In this document: positions 50,757 through 59,171 of the stretch, piece by piece
Numbering within the stretch: the first letter of the stretch is position 1
How the letters are laid out: every line of letters begins with the position of its first letter
Assembly: GCA_021813145.1 (NCBI GenBank)
Contig: JAKALS010000004.1
Span: forward strand, 8,594 to 72,593
Length of the DNA stretch: 64,000 nucleotides
Direction of reading: 5' to 3'
Origin: a bacterium
GTDB taxonomy: Bacteria > Patescibacteriota > Microgenomatia > Levybacterales > UBA12049
The notes under the pieces: generated by a model
What the model was told of the DNA's origin: nothing
The model's database searches: none
Seen by the model: only the letters and a program-made list of their open reading frames with translations
Program-made: the position numbers and the translations under genes

Positions 50757-51609
50757 GCTGAAAGCTATTCTTAGTACCCTTTCCTACGCGGATATCTTCG
50801 ATTATCCGTTAACAAAAGAAGAAATATTTTTATATCTTATTTCAATCCAAAAATTTTCAAAACAGGATATATATCCTTTCCTTAGTGAGAAAAACGGTTA
50901 TTTTGAAAGAAAAAAAGAATTTTATTTCCTGAAGGGAAGAGGGGAAATTATAGAAAAAAGAATAAGAAGAAAAAAGGAAAGTATTAAAAAACTTAATATT
51001 GCCCGGAAAATCGTAAGAAAAATTTCTTTTGTCCCGACGGTAAAATTTATAGGTATCAGCGGAGCCCTAGCGATGCAAAATTGCGAGAAAGAAGATGATA
51101 TAGACCTTTTTGTAATAACGGAAAAAAACTCGGTATGGGCCACAAGGCTTTTGTTGGTGCTGTTACTAAGGATTTCGGGAATTTACAGGTCCAGAGGGGA
51201 TAAAAATGTTTCCAATAAAATCTGTCTTAATTTTTTGATAGATTCCGGCCAAATAGATTTCTCAAAAAAATCCGATATCTTTACAGCTCATGAAATAGTA
51301 CAGATAATCCCCGTGTTTTCAAGAAATTCCGGTTTTAGGGACTTTGTAAAAGCCAACTCATGGACTAAAAAATTCTTGCCGAATACTTCGGTGAAATACA
51401 TTAGGGAAGAGAAAGACAAATTTTATAATCCTTTGTTTAAGTTCTTTCTTCTAAAAAGTGAAAAAACAGCCCGTTTCATTCAATACGGTTACATGAAAAA
51501 ACACATAACAAAAGAGAAGGTATCTCAAAATTTGCTCGCTTTTCACCCATTCGATTACAGACAATACGTACTGAAAGAATATAGAAATAAGCTCAAAAAA
51601 TTGATATAG
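50746..51609 (+). CDS. Hypothetical protein with Pol-beta-like nucleotidyltransferase motif
   Basis: GISGALA...DDIDLFVIT; N-terminal YADIFDYPLT. Confidence 0.7.
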   Translation: MDNKLKAILSTLSYADIFDYPLTKEEIFLYLISIQKFSKQDIYPFLSEKNGYFERKKEFYFLKGRGEIIEKRIRRKKESIKKLNIARKIVRKISFVPTVKFIGISGALAMQNCEKEDDIDLFVITEKNSVWATRLLLVLLLRISGIYRSRGDKNVSNKICLNFLIDSGQIDFSKKSDIFTAHEIVQIIPVFSRNSGFRDFVKANSWTKKFLPNTSVKYIREEKDKFYNPLFKFFLLKSEKTARFIQYGYMKKHITKEKVSQNLLAFHPFDYRQYVLKEYRNKLKKLI

Positions 51610-51629
51610 TAAGTAAATACTAGAGGTTA

Positions 51630-51717
51630 TTGACAAAGATTTTAATTTCTTATATCATTCCTTAAATTAAGTATTTATCATGTTTACTCCCTCATTGATT
51701 CTGAGGGATTTTCTTTT
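51630..51717 (+). promoter_or_regulatory. greA promoter and leader terminator-like hairpin
   Basis: TTGACA-17-TATCAT; TCCCTCA-TTGATTC-TGAGGGA-TTTTCTTTT. Confidence 0.65.
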
Positions 51718-51736
51718 AAATACGGCAATAAAAAAT

Positions 51737-52210
51737 ATGGACAGTAAAAAAATTTATTTGACCAAAGAAGGCCTAGACGACCTTAAAAAAGAATACGAAG
51801 ATCTTACTAAATCAAGAAGGCCCGATGTTTTGTCGAGGGTTTCCCAGGCAAGAAGCATGGGAGATCTTTCGGAGAATGCTGAGTATGTAGCCGCAAGGGA
51901 AGAGCTATCTTTTATCGACGGAAGAATAGATGAGCTTGAAGAGCTCTTAAAACAGGCAATTCTTATTTCCGGAAACGGTCATAGAAACGCCGGACAAACG
52001 GTAAAACTCGGTTCAAAAGTTATCCTTAATACAAAAGGAAAAAAGGAATCCTTTGTCGTAGTTGGTGAATGGGAGGCGGATCCCAAAGAAAGGAAAATTT
52101 CACACGAATCCCCCCTTGGAAAAGCCCTGATAGGGAAAAAAGTAGGAGAAAAGGTCGAGGTTGAAGCTCCGGCCGGTAAAGTCCTTTACACAATCGTTTC
52201 GGTAGACTAA
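51737..52210 (+). CDS. greA: Transcription elongation factor GreA (start MDSKK)
   Basis: GDLSENAEY, ISHESPLGKALIG. Confidence 0.97.
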   Translation: MDSKKIYLTKEGLDDLKKEYEDLTKSRRPDVLSRVSQARSMGDLSENAEYVAAREELSFIDGRIDELEELLKQAILISGNGHRNAGQTVKLGSKVILNTKGKKESFVVVGEWEADPKERKISHESPLGKALIGKKVGEKVEVEAPAGKVLYTIVSVD

Positions 52211-52220
52211 AATAATTAGG

Positions 52221-53408
52221 ATGCCTCAACAAGATTTCTATAAAAAAATTGAATCCGAAGTATCTTCTTTTAAGTCCCCGTATGTAATTGGATCCGGACA
52301 AGGCGCATATTTAAAAATTAACGGGCAAGACAAACTTAATTTTTGCTCAAGCCATTATCTGGGATTTGCCGTAGACCAAAGGCTTAAAGATGCCGTTTGC
52401 GAAGCCGTCCAAAAGTATGGAGTCGGAACAGGTTACAGGACCTTGGCGGGTACTCATTCTCTTCATCTAGAGCTTGAAGAAGCGATAGCAAAATTTAAAG
52501 GCACGGAAGCTGCGGTAGTATTTTCAAGCGCTTATATGGCGAATGCGGCAGCCATTCAGACGATTATAGGAAAAGACGATGTCGTAATTTCGGACGAGCT
52601 TAATCATGCTTCCATAATCGATGCAGTAAGGCTCTCTCAGGTTAAAAATAAATTTATATACAAACACGTGGATACGAACGATCTTGAGGAAAAACTCAAG
52701 GAAGCTTCAAAAACAGTAAAGCCCGACGGGGAAAAGCCTTTAATGCTTATTGTTACCGACGGCGTGTTTTCCATGGACGGAGATTTGGCTCCTTTGCCTA
52801 AAATTGTAGAATTGGCCAGAAAATACGGCGCTTTGACAATGGTTGACGATGCCCACGGGGAAGGAGTTTTGGGAAAAGGCGGACGCGGAATCGTAGACCA
52901 TTTTGGTCTGGTTGGAGAAATAGATATAGAAATCGGAAGCCTGTCAAAAGCATTTTCGGTTATAGGTGGATTTATTGCAGGAAAAAAGAACCTGATAAAT
53001 TATTACAACTTAAAATCCAGGCAAAGGCTTTTTTCTATAGCGCTGACGATCCCCGATACGGCAGCAGCATTAAAGGCGGTGAACATTCTTCTTGAGTCCG
53101 ATGCCCAGGTTAAAAAACTTTGGGAGAATGTTGATTATCTCCAGCACGAATTTAAAAGACTGGGTTTTGATACGGGAAATTCTAAGACTCCGATAATACC
53201 GGTAATGATAGGCGATGAAGACAAGGCAAGGGAATTCAGCACAAAATTGTTCGAGGAGAATGTGTTTGCGACTCCTATTCTTTTCCCGATGGTTGCAAAA
53301 GGGAAAGCGAGAATAAGGATAATTGCCTCAGCCTCCCATTCAAAAGAAGACCTCAAAAAGGGGATAGAGGCATTCGAAAAAATAGGGAAAGAGATGCAGA
53401 TCATATGA
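52221..53408 (+). CDS. kbl: 2-amino-3-ketobutyrate CoA ligase (alpha-oxoamine synthase family)
   Basis: SDELNHASIID, DGVFSMDG, DDAHG, SLSKA; adjacent to a tdh-like gene. Confidence 0.85.
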   Translation: MPQQDFYKKIESEVSSFKSPYVIGSGQGAYLKINGQDKLNFCSSHYLGFAVDQRLKDAVCEAVQKYGVGTGYRTLAGTHSLHLELEEAIAKFKGTEAAVVFSSAYMANAAAIQTIIGKDDVVISDELNHASIIDAVRLSQVKNKFIYKHVDTNDLEEKLKEASKTVKPDGEKPLMLIVTDGVFSMDGDLAPLPKIVELARKYGALTMVDDAHGEGVLGKGGRGIVDHFGLVGEIDIEIGSLSKAFSVIGGFIAGKKNLINYYNLKSRQRLFSIALTIPDTAAALKAVNILLESDAQVKKLWENVDYLQHEFKRLGFDTGNSKTPIIPVMIGDEDKAREFSTKLFEENVFATPILFPMVAKGKARIRIIASASHSKEDLKKGIEAFEKIGKEMQII

Positions 53409-54340
53409 AAAAAATCTTAGTCACCGGAGCATTCGGCCAGATTGGCTCCGAGCTTGTCCCCGCCCTTTATAAGGAATACGGAAAAGAGAATGTCGTATCC
53501 ATGGGACATTCAACTATTAGCCTGGGCTTTGACGGTACTTTGGAAAAAGCTGATGCAAGAGATAAAGAAGCTCTAAGAGGCATAATAAAAAAATACGACA
53601 TAGATACTGTTTATCATTTGGTTTCTCTTCTTTCCGCAAAAGGTGAGGTTGACCCTTCTCTTACATGGGACATTAACATGAACGGCTTAAAAAATGTTCT
53701 TGATCTAGGGGTAGAATTTAAACTTAAAATCTATTGGCCAAGTTCTATTGCAGCCTTCGGGCCGACAACTCCAAGAGAGGATACCCCCCAGCATACTGTT
53801 TTGGAGCCTACAACAATGTATGGAGTTACAAAAACAGCCGGTGAGGGGCTTTGCCGCTATTACAATGTTAAATACGGATTGGATGTAAGGTCACTAAGAT
53901 ATCCAGGCATTATTTCCTGGAAAACTCCTCCGGGCGGAGGAACAACCGATTATGCGGTAGCAATTTTTTATGAAGGCATAAAAACGGGAAAATATGAATG
54001 CTTTGTGGGTCCGGATACGATGCTGCCCATGATGTATATAGACGATGCAATAAGAGCAACGGTAGAGCTTATGAAGGCAGACTTAAAAACAGACAGCTGG
54101 AACAGTTATAATTTGTCAGCAGTAAGCTTTACCGCCAAAGAGCTGGAGGAGGAGTTAAGAAAATATCTGCCGGATTTGACTATAACATATAAACCAGACC
54201 ATAGACAAAAAATTGCCGATTCCTGGCCAAAGTCTATTGATGACAGTCAGGCCCGGAAAGACTGGGGTTGGAAACACGAATACGGGCTTTCGGAAATAAC
54301 AAAAGTTATGGTAGAGAATCTTAAAAAGGTTCTTGCTTAA
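53405..54340 (+). CDS. SDR-type L-threonine 3-dehydrogenase
   Basis: GAFGQIG, PSSIAAFG, YGVTK, PGGGTTDYAV, LPMMY, IADSWP. Confidence 0.88.
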   Translation: MKKILVTGAFGQIGSELVPALYKEYGKENVVSMGHSTISLGFDGTLEKADARDKEALRGIIKKYDIDTVYHLVSLLSAKGEVDPSLTWDINMNGLKNVLDLGVEFKLKIYWPSSIAAFGPTTPREDTPQHTVLEPTTMYGVTKTAGEGLCRYYNVKYGLDVRSLRYPGIISWKTPPGGGTTDYAVAIFYEGIKTGKYECFVGPDTMLPMMYIDDAIRATVELMKADLKTDSWNSYNLSAVSFTAKELEEELRKYLPDLTITYKPDHRQKIADSWPKSIDDSQARKDWGWKHEYGLSEITKVMVENLKKVLA

Positions 54341-54470
54341 TGCCATGCTTTTGTGATATAAATCACTTATTCAATGGTAATTAAATTCGGTTTCGATTCA
54401 AAGAAGTCCAAGAAGACCCTCTTAACGAGGGGTTTTGTCTTGGAGTAAAATAAAAAACTCAGAGAAAGAC

Positions 54471-54495
54471 GACCCCTCAAAATGAGGGGTTTTTT
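54471..54495 (+). terminator. Intrinsic terminator, preceded by a related hairpin at 54407-54444
   Basis: GACCCCTCA-AAA-TGAGGGGTT plus T run. Confidence 0.75.
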
Positions 54496-54521
54496 AGTGG
54501 AAAAAAGGAGGTGAATAATAA

Positions 54522-54788
54522 ATGAAAGAACATTTTAAACCGGTTGACGGGGATTTTCCGGATATGCCCAGGGTAATAAGATACAGGACGCCAAGAGACG
54601 AAAGAGTAGTAGTAAAATTTGGGACAGTTTTTGGATATCCAGCTACCGATTATGCCGTAAGGAATAGAAGAGGACAGGTTGTAAGTGAAGGACTAAGTTG
54701 GGGAGTTAACTTTGATACTGCTTTGACTGCAGGGTTAAAATATGACGGAAGAAGAGGAAAAGTGCTTTTAAGCCGTCTTGTGAGGTAG
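54522..54788 (+). CDS. Hypothetical protein
   Basis: 88 aa; strong SD AAGGAGGTGA. Confidence 0.75.
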   Translation: MKEHFKPVDGDFPDMPRVIRYRTPRDERVVVKFGTVFGYPATDYAVRNRRGQVVSEGLSWGVNFDTALTAGLKYDGRRGKVLLSRLVR

Positions 54789-54820
54789 GTAAACTTTAAT
54801 AAAAAAGGAGGTGAATTATT

Positions 54821-55306
54821 ATGAAAGAAAACGGTAGAAATCGTGGAACAGAAAATGCAGTCTCTTATGAAACAGTTGAGGCTTCCAGGTTTCCCTGGTT
54901 AAGAGGCCCGCAAAGATGTCCCGTGACAACGGAGCAGGTGGGAGACAGAACAATTAGGATAATCGATATAACAGGAACACATCCTGTTTTAGATTCTTTG
55001 AGTAAAAAACTTAACGGAAGTACGCAAAGAGCGAATTCATTAATAAGAACAAGCATAGGAAGAGGACTTGCCAACGGAGGGGTTGTACAAGGGGCACAGA
55101 TTTTAAGGGAAAGAGGAAGAAATTCTTCTCTTATAGGAGTTGCAACAACCGACCCGAATGAAAGGACAAGGTTAAGTGCAATTTATACAGCTCCAGATTC
55201 CGATAACAGAAGTTATATTGTTTCAAGGTCTATGTATGAGGATTCAAGAAAAGTCTTGCAGGCGCTGGCTTCTGTCGGGTATGTTTCCTCCGGTAGAGGA
55301 AATTAA
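54821..55306 (+). CDS. Hypothetical protein
   Basis: 161 aa; strong SD AAGGAGGTGA. Confidence 0.78.
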   Translation: MKENGRNRGTENAVSYETVEASRFPWLRGPQRCPVTTEQVGDRTIRIIDITGTHPVLDSLSKKLNGSTQRANSLIRTSIGRGLANGGVVQGAQILRERGRNSSLIGVATTDPNERTRLSAIYTAPDSDNRSYIVSRSMYEDSRKVLQALASVGYVSSGRGN

Positions 55307-55323
55307 TGTGGTAGAATAGCATT

Positions 55324-56835
55324 ATGTTCTGGGCAGATAAAGTAGCGGAAGAAGTTATAAAATCCGGCAAATACAAACCTTATTGGGTGGATGACATGAA
55401 AACTCCCTCGGGTTTTTCCCATGTAGGCTCAATGATGGGTCCTGTCGTTCACAGTATGGTCTATAGGGCTCTAAAAGACGTGGGCAAAGAAGATACTTTT
55501 ACTTTTGTTATCAACGATTTTGATCCGGCTGACGATTTGTTACCCGAAGTCCGGGGGAAATACGAGAAGTATTTGGGGATGCCTTTAAAGCTTTTTCCTT
55601 CTCCCGACCCTTCTTTTCAAAGTATGGGAGATATGTTTGCCGCAGATTTTGTAGGTTCAATTAGAAATTTGGGAGTAGAGGCAGAGATGCTTTCTTCCTG
55701 GGAGCTTTACCATCAGGGAAAATTTGACGAAGTTATAAGGCTTGCCTTGGATAACGCAGAAAAAATCCAAGATATTTACCAGAAAGTAAGCGGCAGCAGG
55801 AAAAAAGAAGCCGGGTGGCTCCCTTTTCAGGTAATTTGTGAAAATTGCCAAAAACTCGGGACAACAAGAGTTTTTGCCTGGGACGGGGAAAAAGTTTCAT
55901 ATAAGTGTGAGTCTAATCTTGTTAAATGGGCTGTGGGTTGCGGATACGAAGGAAAAATTTCTCCATTCGGCGGAACCGGAAAACTGCCCTGGAAAGTTGA
56001 CTGGGCAGCACACTGGAAAGTAATAGGGGTAACAATAGAAGGCGCGGGCAAAGACCATGCCTCAAAAGGCGGTTCATACGATATAGCAATGACAATATGC
56101 GAAGAAGTTTTTAAATATCCCCATCCTTTTAAGCTTCCCTACGAATTCGTCTTAATCGGTGGCAAAAAAATGTCTTCTTCCAAAGGCCTTGGTCTGAAGG
56201 CCCACGACCTTGTTGAGATTCTTCCTCCGCAACTGGGGCGTTTTCTTTTTGCAAGAAACGGTATAAGGTCGCAGACAAATTTTGACCCTGTTGGCACGGA
56301 TGCTATTCCCCTTCTTTTTGACGATTATCAAAAAGCGGCAGATGCTTATTTTGATAAAGGGGACGAAGATTCGGCCAGAGCTTTCGAACTTTCACAAATA
56401 GGAAAAATCCAAAAACCTCCGTCTGTAAGGTTTTCGGTTTTGGCTCAATGGATACAGATGCCAAATATGGAGGAGGAAATTAAAAAAAAGGGACTTGAGG
56501 AGTGGGCAAAATATGCAAGAATATGGGTCGAAAGATTTGCTCCGGATAAAGACAGGTTTACCGTACAAAAAGAGCTGCCGATTAGCGCAAGGGAACTTTC
56601 CCAAAAACAAAAAGAGTTTTTAAGAAATATTGCAAAAGAGCTGGATAAAAAATGGGAGGGAGAAGAATTCCAAACCAGAATTTATGATATCGGAAAAGAA
56701 TTGGGCTTGGGAGGAAAAGACGCTTTTAAAGCGATCTATTTATCTTTAATCGGAAAAGACCACGGTCCAAAAGCGGCATGGTTAATTCTTTCTTTGGATA
56801 AAAACTTTGTAGAAAAAAGATTTAATGAGGTTTAA
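55324..56835 (+). CDS. lysK: Lysine--tRNA ligase, class I
   Basis: MFWAD, TPSGFSHVG, GKLPWKVDW, GKDH, KMSSSKG, GPK. Confidence 0.95.
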   Translation: MFWADKVAEEVIKSGKYKPYWVDDMKTPSGFSHVGSMMGPVVHSMVYRALKDVGKEDTFTFVINDFDPADDLLPEVRGKYEKYLGMPLKLFPSPDPSFQSMGDMFAADFVGSIRNLGVEAEMLSSWELYHQGKFDEVIRLALDNAEKIQDIYQKVSGSRKKEAGWLPFQVICENCQKLGTTRVFAWDGEKVSYKCESNLVKWAVGCGYEGKISPFGGTGKLPWKVDWAAHWKVIGVTIEGAGKDHASKGGSYDIAMTICEEVFKYPHPFKLPYEFVLIGGKKMSSSKGLGLKAHDLVEILPPQLGRFLFARNGIRSQTNFDPVGTDAIPLLFDDYQKAADAYFDKGDEDSARAFELSQIGKIQKPPSVRFSVLAQWIQMPNMEEEIKKKGLEEWAKYARIWVERFAPDKDRFTVQKELPISARELSQKQKEFLRNIAKELDKKWEGEEFQTRIYDIGKELGLGGKDAFKAIYLSLIGKDHGPKAAWLILSLDKNFVEKRFNEV

Positions 56836-57001
56836 TCCCGTTGCCGTTTTCTTTGGAGATTTCCATGCTTAAATCCCTGAAGATTTCCCTTTGTAAAAGC
56901 TCCGTATGAATTTTAGGATTTTGGTCCTGAAGTCTTCTTAGTCTTGAAATATCCGTAATAAGGGTTTGGGCAATGGAGGTTCTTGCTTCTAACCTGGACA
57001 T
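56822..57001 (-). CDS. Small hypothetical protein (59 aa, MSRLEART...)
   Basis: Fills the lysK-rdgB gap; minus-strand TTGAAA-17-TATAAA just upstream of the ATG. Confidence 0.45.
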   Translation of the reverse strand: MSRLEARTSIAQTLITDISRLRRLQDQNPKIHTELLQREIFRDLSMEISKENGNGIKPH

Positions 57002-57062
57002 ATAAATTTTATAAACAAAAAATGGGTGTATTTCAAGTGGCATTTTTGTTATACTTTTTGCG

Positions 57063-57614
57063 ATGAAAAGTCTGGTTTTGGCAACGGGCAATAAGGGGAA
57101 ACAAAAAGAGCTTGAAGATATTCTGGAAATACCCATAGAAATTGCGGATGCGGGAATGGACGAGGTTCAAAGCATGGATCTTGAATATGTAGCAAGAAGA
57201 AAAGCGGAAGAAGCATTTAAAATAATAAGAAAACCCTTAATCGTGGACGACGTCGGAGTATTTATAGAAGCTTGGAACGAGCTTCCCGGCCCCTTTGTCA
57301 AATATTTCTATGAAATAATGGGGCTTAAAAAAATTCTCAAGATGATGGAAAATGAGAAAAATAGAAGTGTCACAGTCAAATGCGCGGTAGGATACCACGA
57401 CGGAAATAAGGTACATGTTTTTACGGGGGAAGTAAAGGGAGTTGTGGCAGAGAAGGAAAAGGGAACAGAAGGATGGGGATTTGACCCAATTATTATTCCA
57501 AAAGGGTATAAAGAGACTTTTGCCGAAATGGGATTTAAAAAGAAAAATAAAATTTCCCATAGGGGGAAAGCATTCAAAAAATTAAAAAAGTATTTGGATA
57601 GTAAAAGAAAATAA
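57063..57614 (+). CDS. rdgB: Non-canonical purine NTP pyrophosphatase (Ham1/RdgB)
   Basis: ATGNKGK, LPGPFVK, GWGFDP, KNKISHRGKA. Confidence 0.93.
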   Translation: MKSLVLATGNKGKQKELEDILEIPIEIADAGMDEVQSMDLEYVARRKAEEAFKIIRKPLIVDDVGVFIEAWNELPGPFVKYFYEIMGLKKILKMMENEKNRSVTVKCAVGYHDGNKVHVFTGEVKGVVAEKEKGTEGWGFDPIIIPKGYKETFAEMGFKKKNKISHRGKAFKKLKKYLDSKRK

Positions 57615-57633
57615 AAAAGGTTATAATTGCCTT

Positions 57634-58890
57634 ATGCTAGACATAAAGTTTATCCGCGAAAATCCTCAGTTGGTAAAACAGGGAGCAAAAAATAAGGGGA
57701 TAGTGGTAGACATAGATAATCTTTTAAAAATAGACGAAAAGTTTAGGGCCTTAGATGCTTCGGTCCAGAAGTTGAGAGAAGAGAGAAATACAAATTCATC
57801 CCAAATCAAAGGAAAGCCTACAAAAGAGCAAATAAAAAAAGGACAGGAAATAAAGGAAAAACTGGAAAAGGCGGAAAAAGAGCTAACAGAAAAACAATCA
57901 GAATTAAAAAACCTGGTTTTAGAAATTCCTAATCCTCCAAAAAATGACGTTAAAATAGGAAAAGATGAAAGTGAAAACGATGTAGTCAAAAAATATAAAG
58001 AGCCGCGAAAATTTATCTTTAAGCCAAAGGATCATTTGGAGCTCGGCGAAGCTTTGGATATCCTGGATGTAGAAAGGGCATCCAGGGTTTCTGGCGCTAG
58101 GTTTGCATATCTTAAAAATGACGGAGTCCTTTTGGAGCTTGCCCTTGTACAGCTTGCAATGAAAACTCTTATTAAAGAAGGTTTCACTCCTGTTATTCCT
58201 CCTACCCTAATAAAAAAAGAAACAATGAAGGGACTGGGTTACATGGAAAACGGAGGGGAAGAAGACATGTATCATCTGGAAAAAGACGATTTGTATCTTG
58301 TCGGAACGGCTGAACATTCGATAGTCCCTATGCATATGGGAGAGGTTTTTGATAAAAAAGAATTGCCTAAACGTTACGTCGCATTTTCAAGCGCATACAG
58401 AAGAGAAGCCGGAAGTTATGGTAAGGACACAAAAGGGATAATAAGAGTTCACCAGTTTGACAAAGTGGAAATGGTTTCCTATGTTCCCCAGGGCGAAGAC
58501 GACAAGGAACACGATTATTTATTATATATAGAAGAAAAACTGTTTCAGCTTTTGGAAATCCCATATCAAGTAGTAAAAATGTGTACCGGAGATTTGGGAT
58601 TTCCTGCTGCAAGAAAATACGACATCGAAGCATGGATGCCCGGCCAGAATAAATACAGGGAAGTTACCTCGGTTTCTACAATTACCGATTTCCAGTCAAG
58701 AAGGTTAAATATAAAATACCAGGACGGTAATGAGAAAAAATTCGTAAATATATTAAACGGGACTGCCTTTGCGATAGGAAGAACGATAGTAGCTATTTTA
58801 GAAAATTATCAGCAAGAAGACGGTAGCGTAGAAATTCCCAAAGTTTTGCAAAATATTGTAGGAAAAAGTGTTATAAAATCAATAAAATAG
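57634..58890 (+). CDS. serS: Serine--tRNA ligase
   Basis: MLDIKFIRENP, GTAE, RREAGS, RVHQFDKVE, NGTA. Confidence 0.99.
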   Translation: MLDIKFIRENPQLVKQGAKNKGIVVDIDNLLKIDEKFRALDASVQKLREERNTNSSQIKGKPTKEQIKKGQEIKEKLEKAEKELTEKQSELKNLVLEIPNPPKNDVKIGKDESENDVVKKYKEPRKFIFKPKDHLELGEALDILDVERASRVSGARFAYLKNDGVLLELALVQLAMKTLIKEGFTPVIPPTLIKKETMKGLGYMENGGEEDMYHLEKDDLYLVGTAEHSIVPMHMGEVFDKKELPKRYVAFSSAYRREAGSYGKDTKGIIRVHQFDKVEMVSYVPQGEDDKEHDYLLYIEEKLFQLLEIPYQVVKMCTGDLGFPAARKYDIEAWMPGQNKYREVTSVSTITDFQSRRLNIKYQDGNEKKFVNILNGTAFAIGRTIVAILENYQQEDGSVEIPKVLQNIVGKSVIKSIK

Positions 58891-59039
58891 AAACGTGATT
58901 TTTCCCCCGGAATCAATCTAAATAGAGTAATTTGAGGCAAGCGGAAAATCTTGACAAAACAATAAAAATATTTCACCATTAAGTTAGTTTCTGCCCATTT
59001 CATTTTAGAAACGGTAGAAGGAAAGGAAGGTGATCCTTC

Positions 59040-59072
59040 ATGGCTGCAAAGAAAAAGAAGAAGAAGAAATAA
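59040..59072 (+). CDS. Candidate 10-aa poly-lysine micro-protein MAAKKKKKKK
   Basis: ATG GCT GCA AAG AAA AAG AAG AAG AAG AAA TAA; SD GGAAGGTGA; upstream TTGACA-17-CACCAT; downstream terminator. Confidence 0.55.
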   Translation: MAAKKKKKKK

Positions 59073-59111
59073 TTGGTAACGTATTTGGAAATTACCAATT
59101 GATCAGTTGGT

Positions 59112-59145
59112 AAACCCCTCACTATATATTAGTGAGGGGTTTTTT
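59112..59145 (+). terminator. Intrinsic terminator before secA
   Basis: AAACCCCTCACTA-TATAT-TAGTGAGGGGTTT plus T run. Confidence 0.85.
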
Positions 59146-59171
59146 GAGCTCGATTATGGTAAAATGTATGT

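Noticed and set aside
51680-51736. Extended N-terminus of GreA
   Set aside because: Covers the leader hairpin; homology begins at MDSKK.
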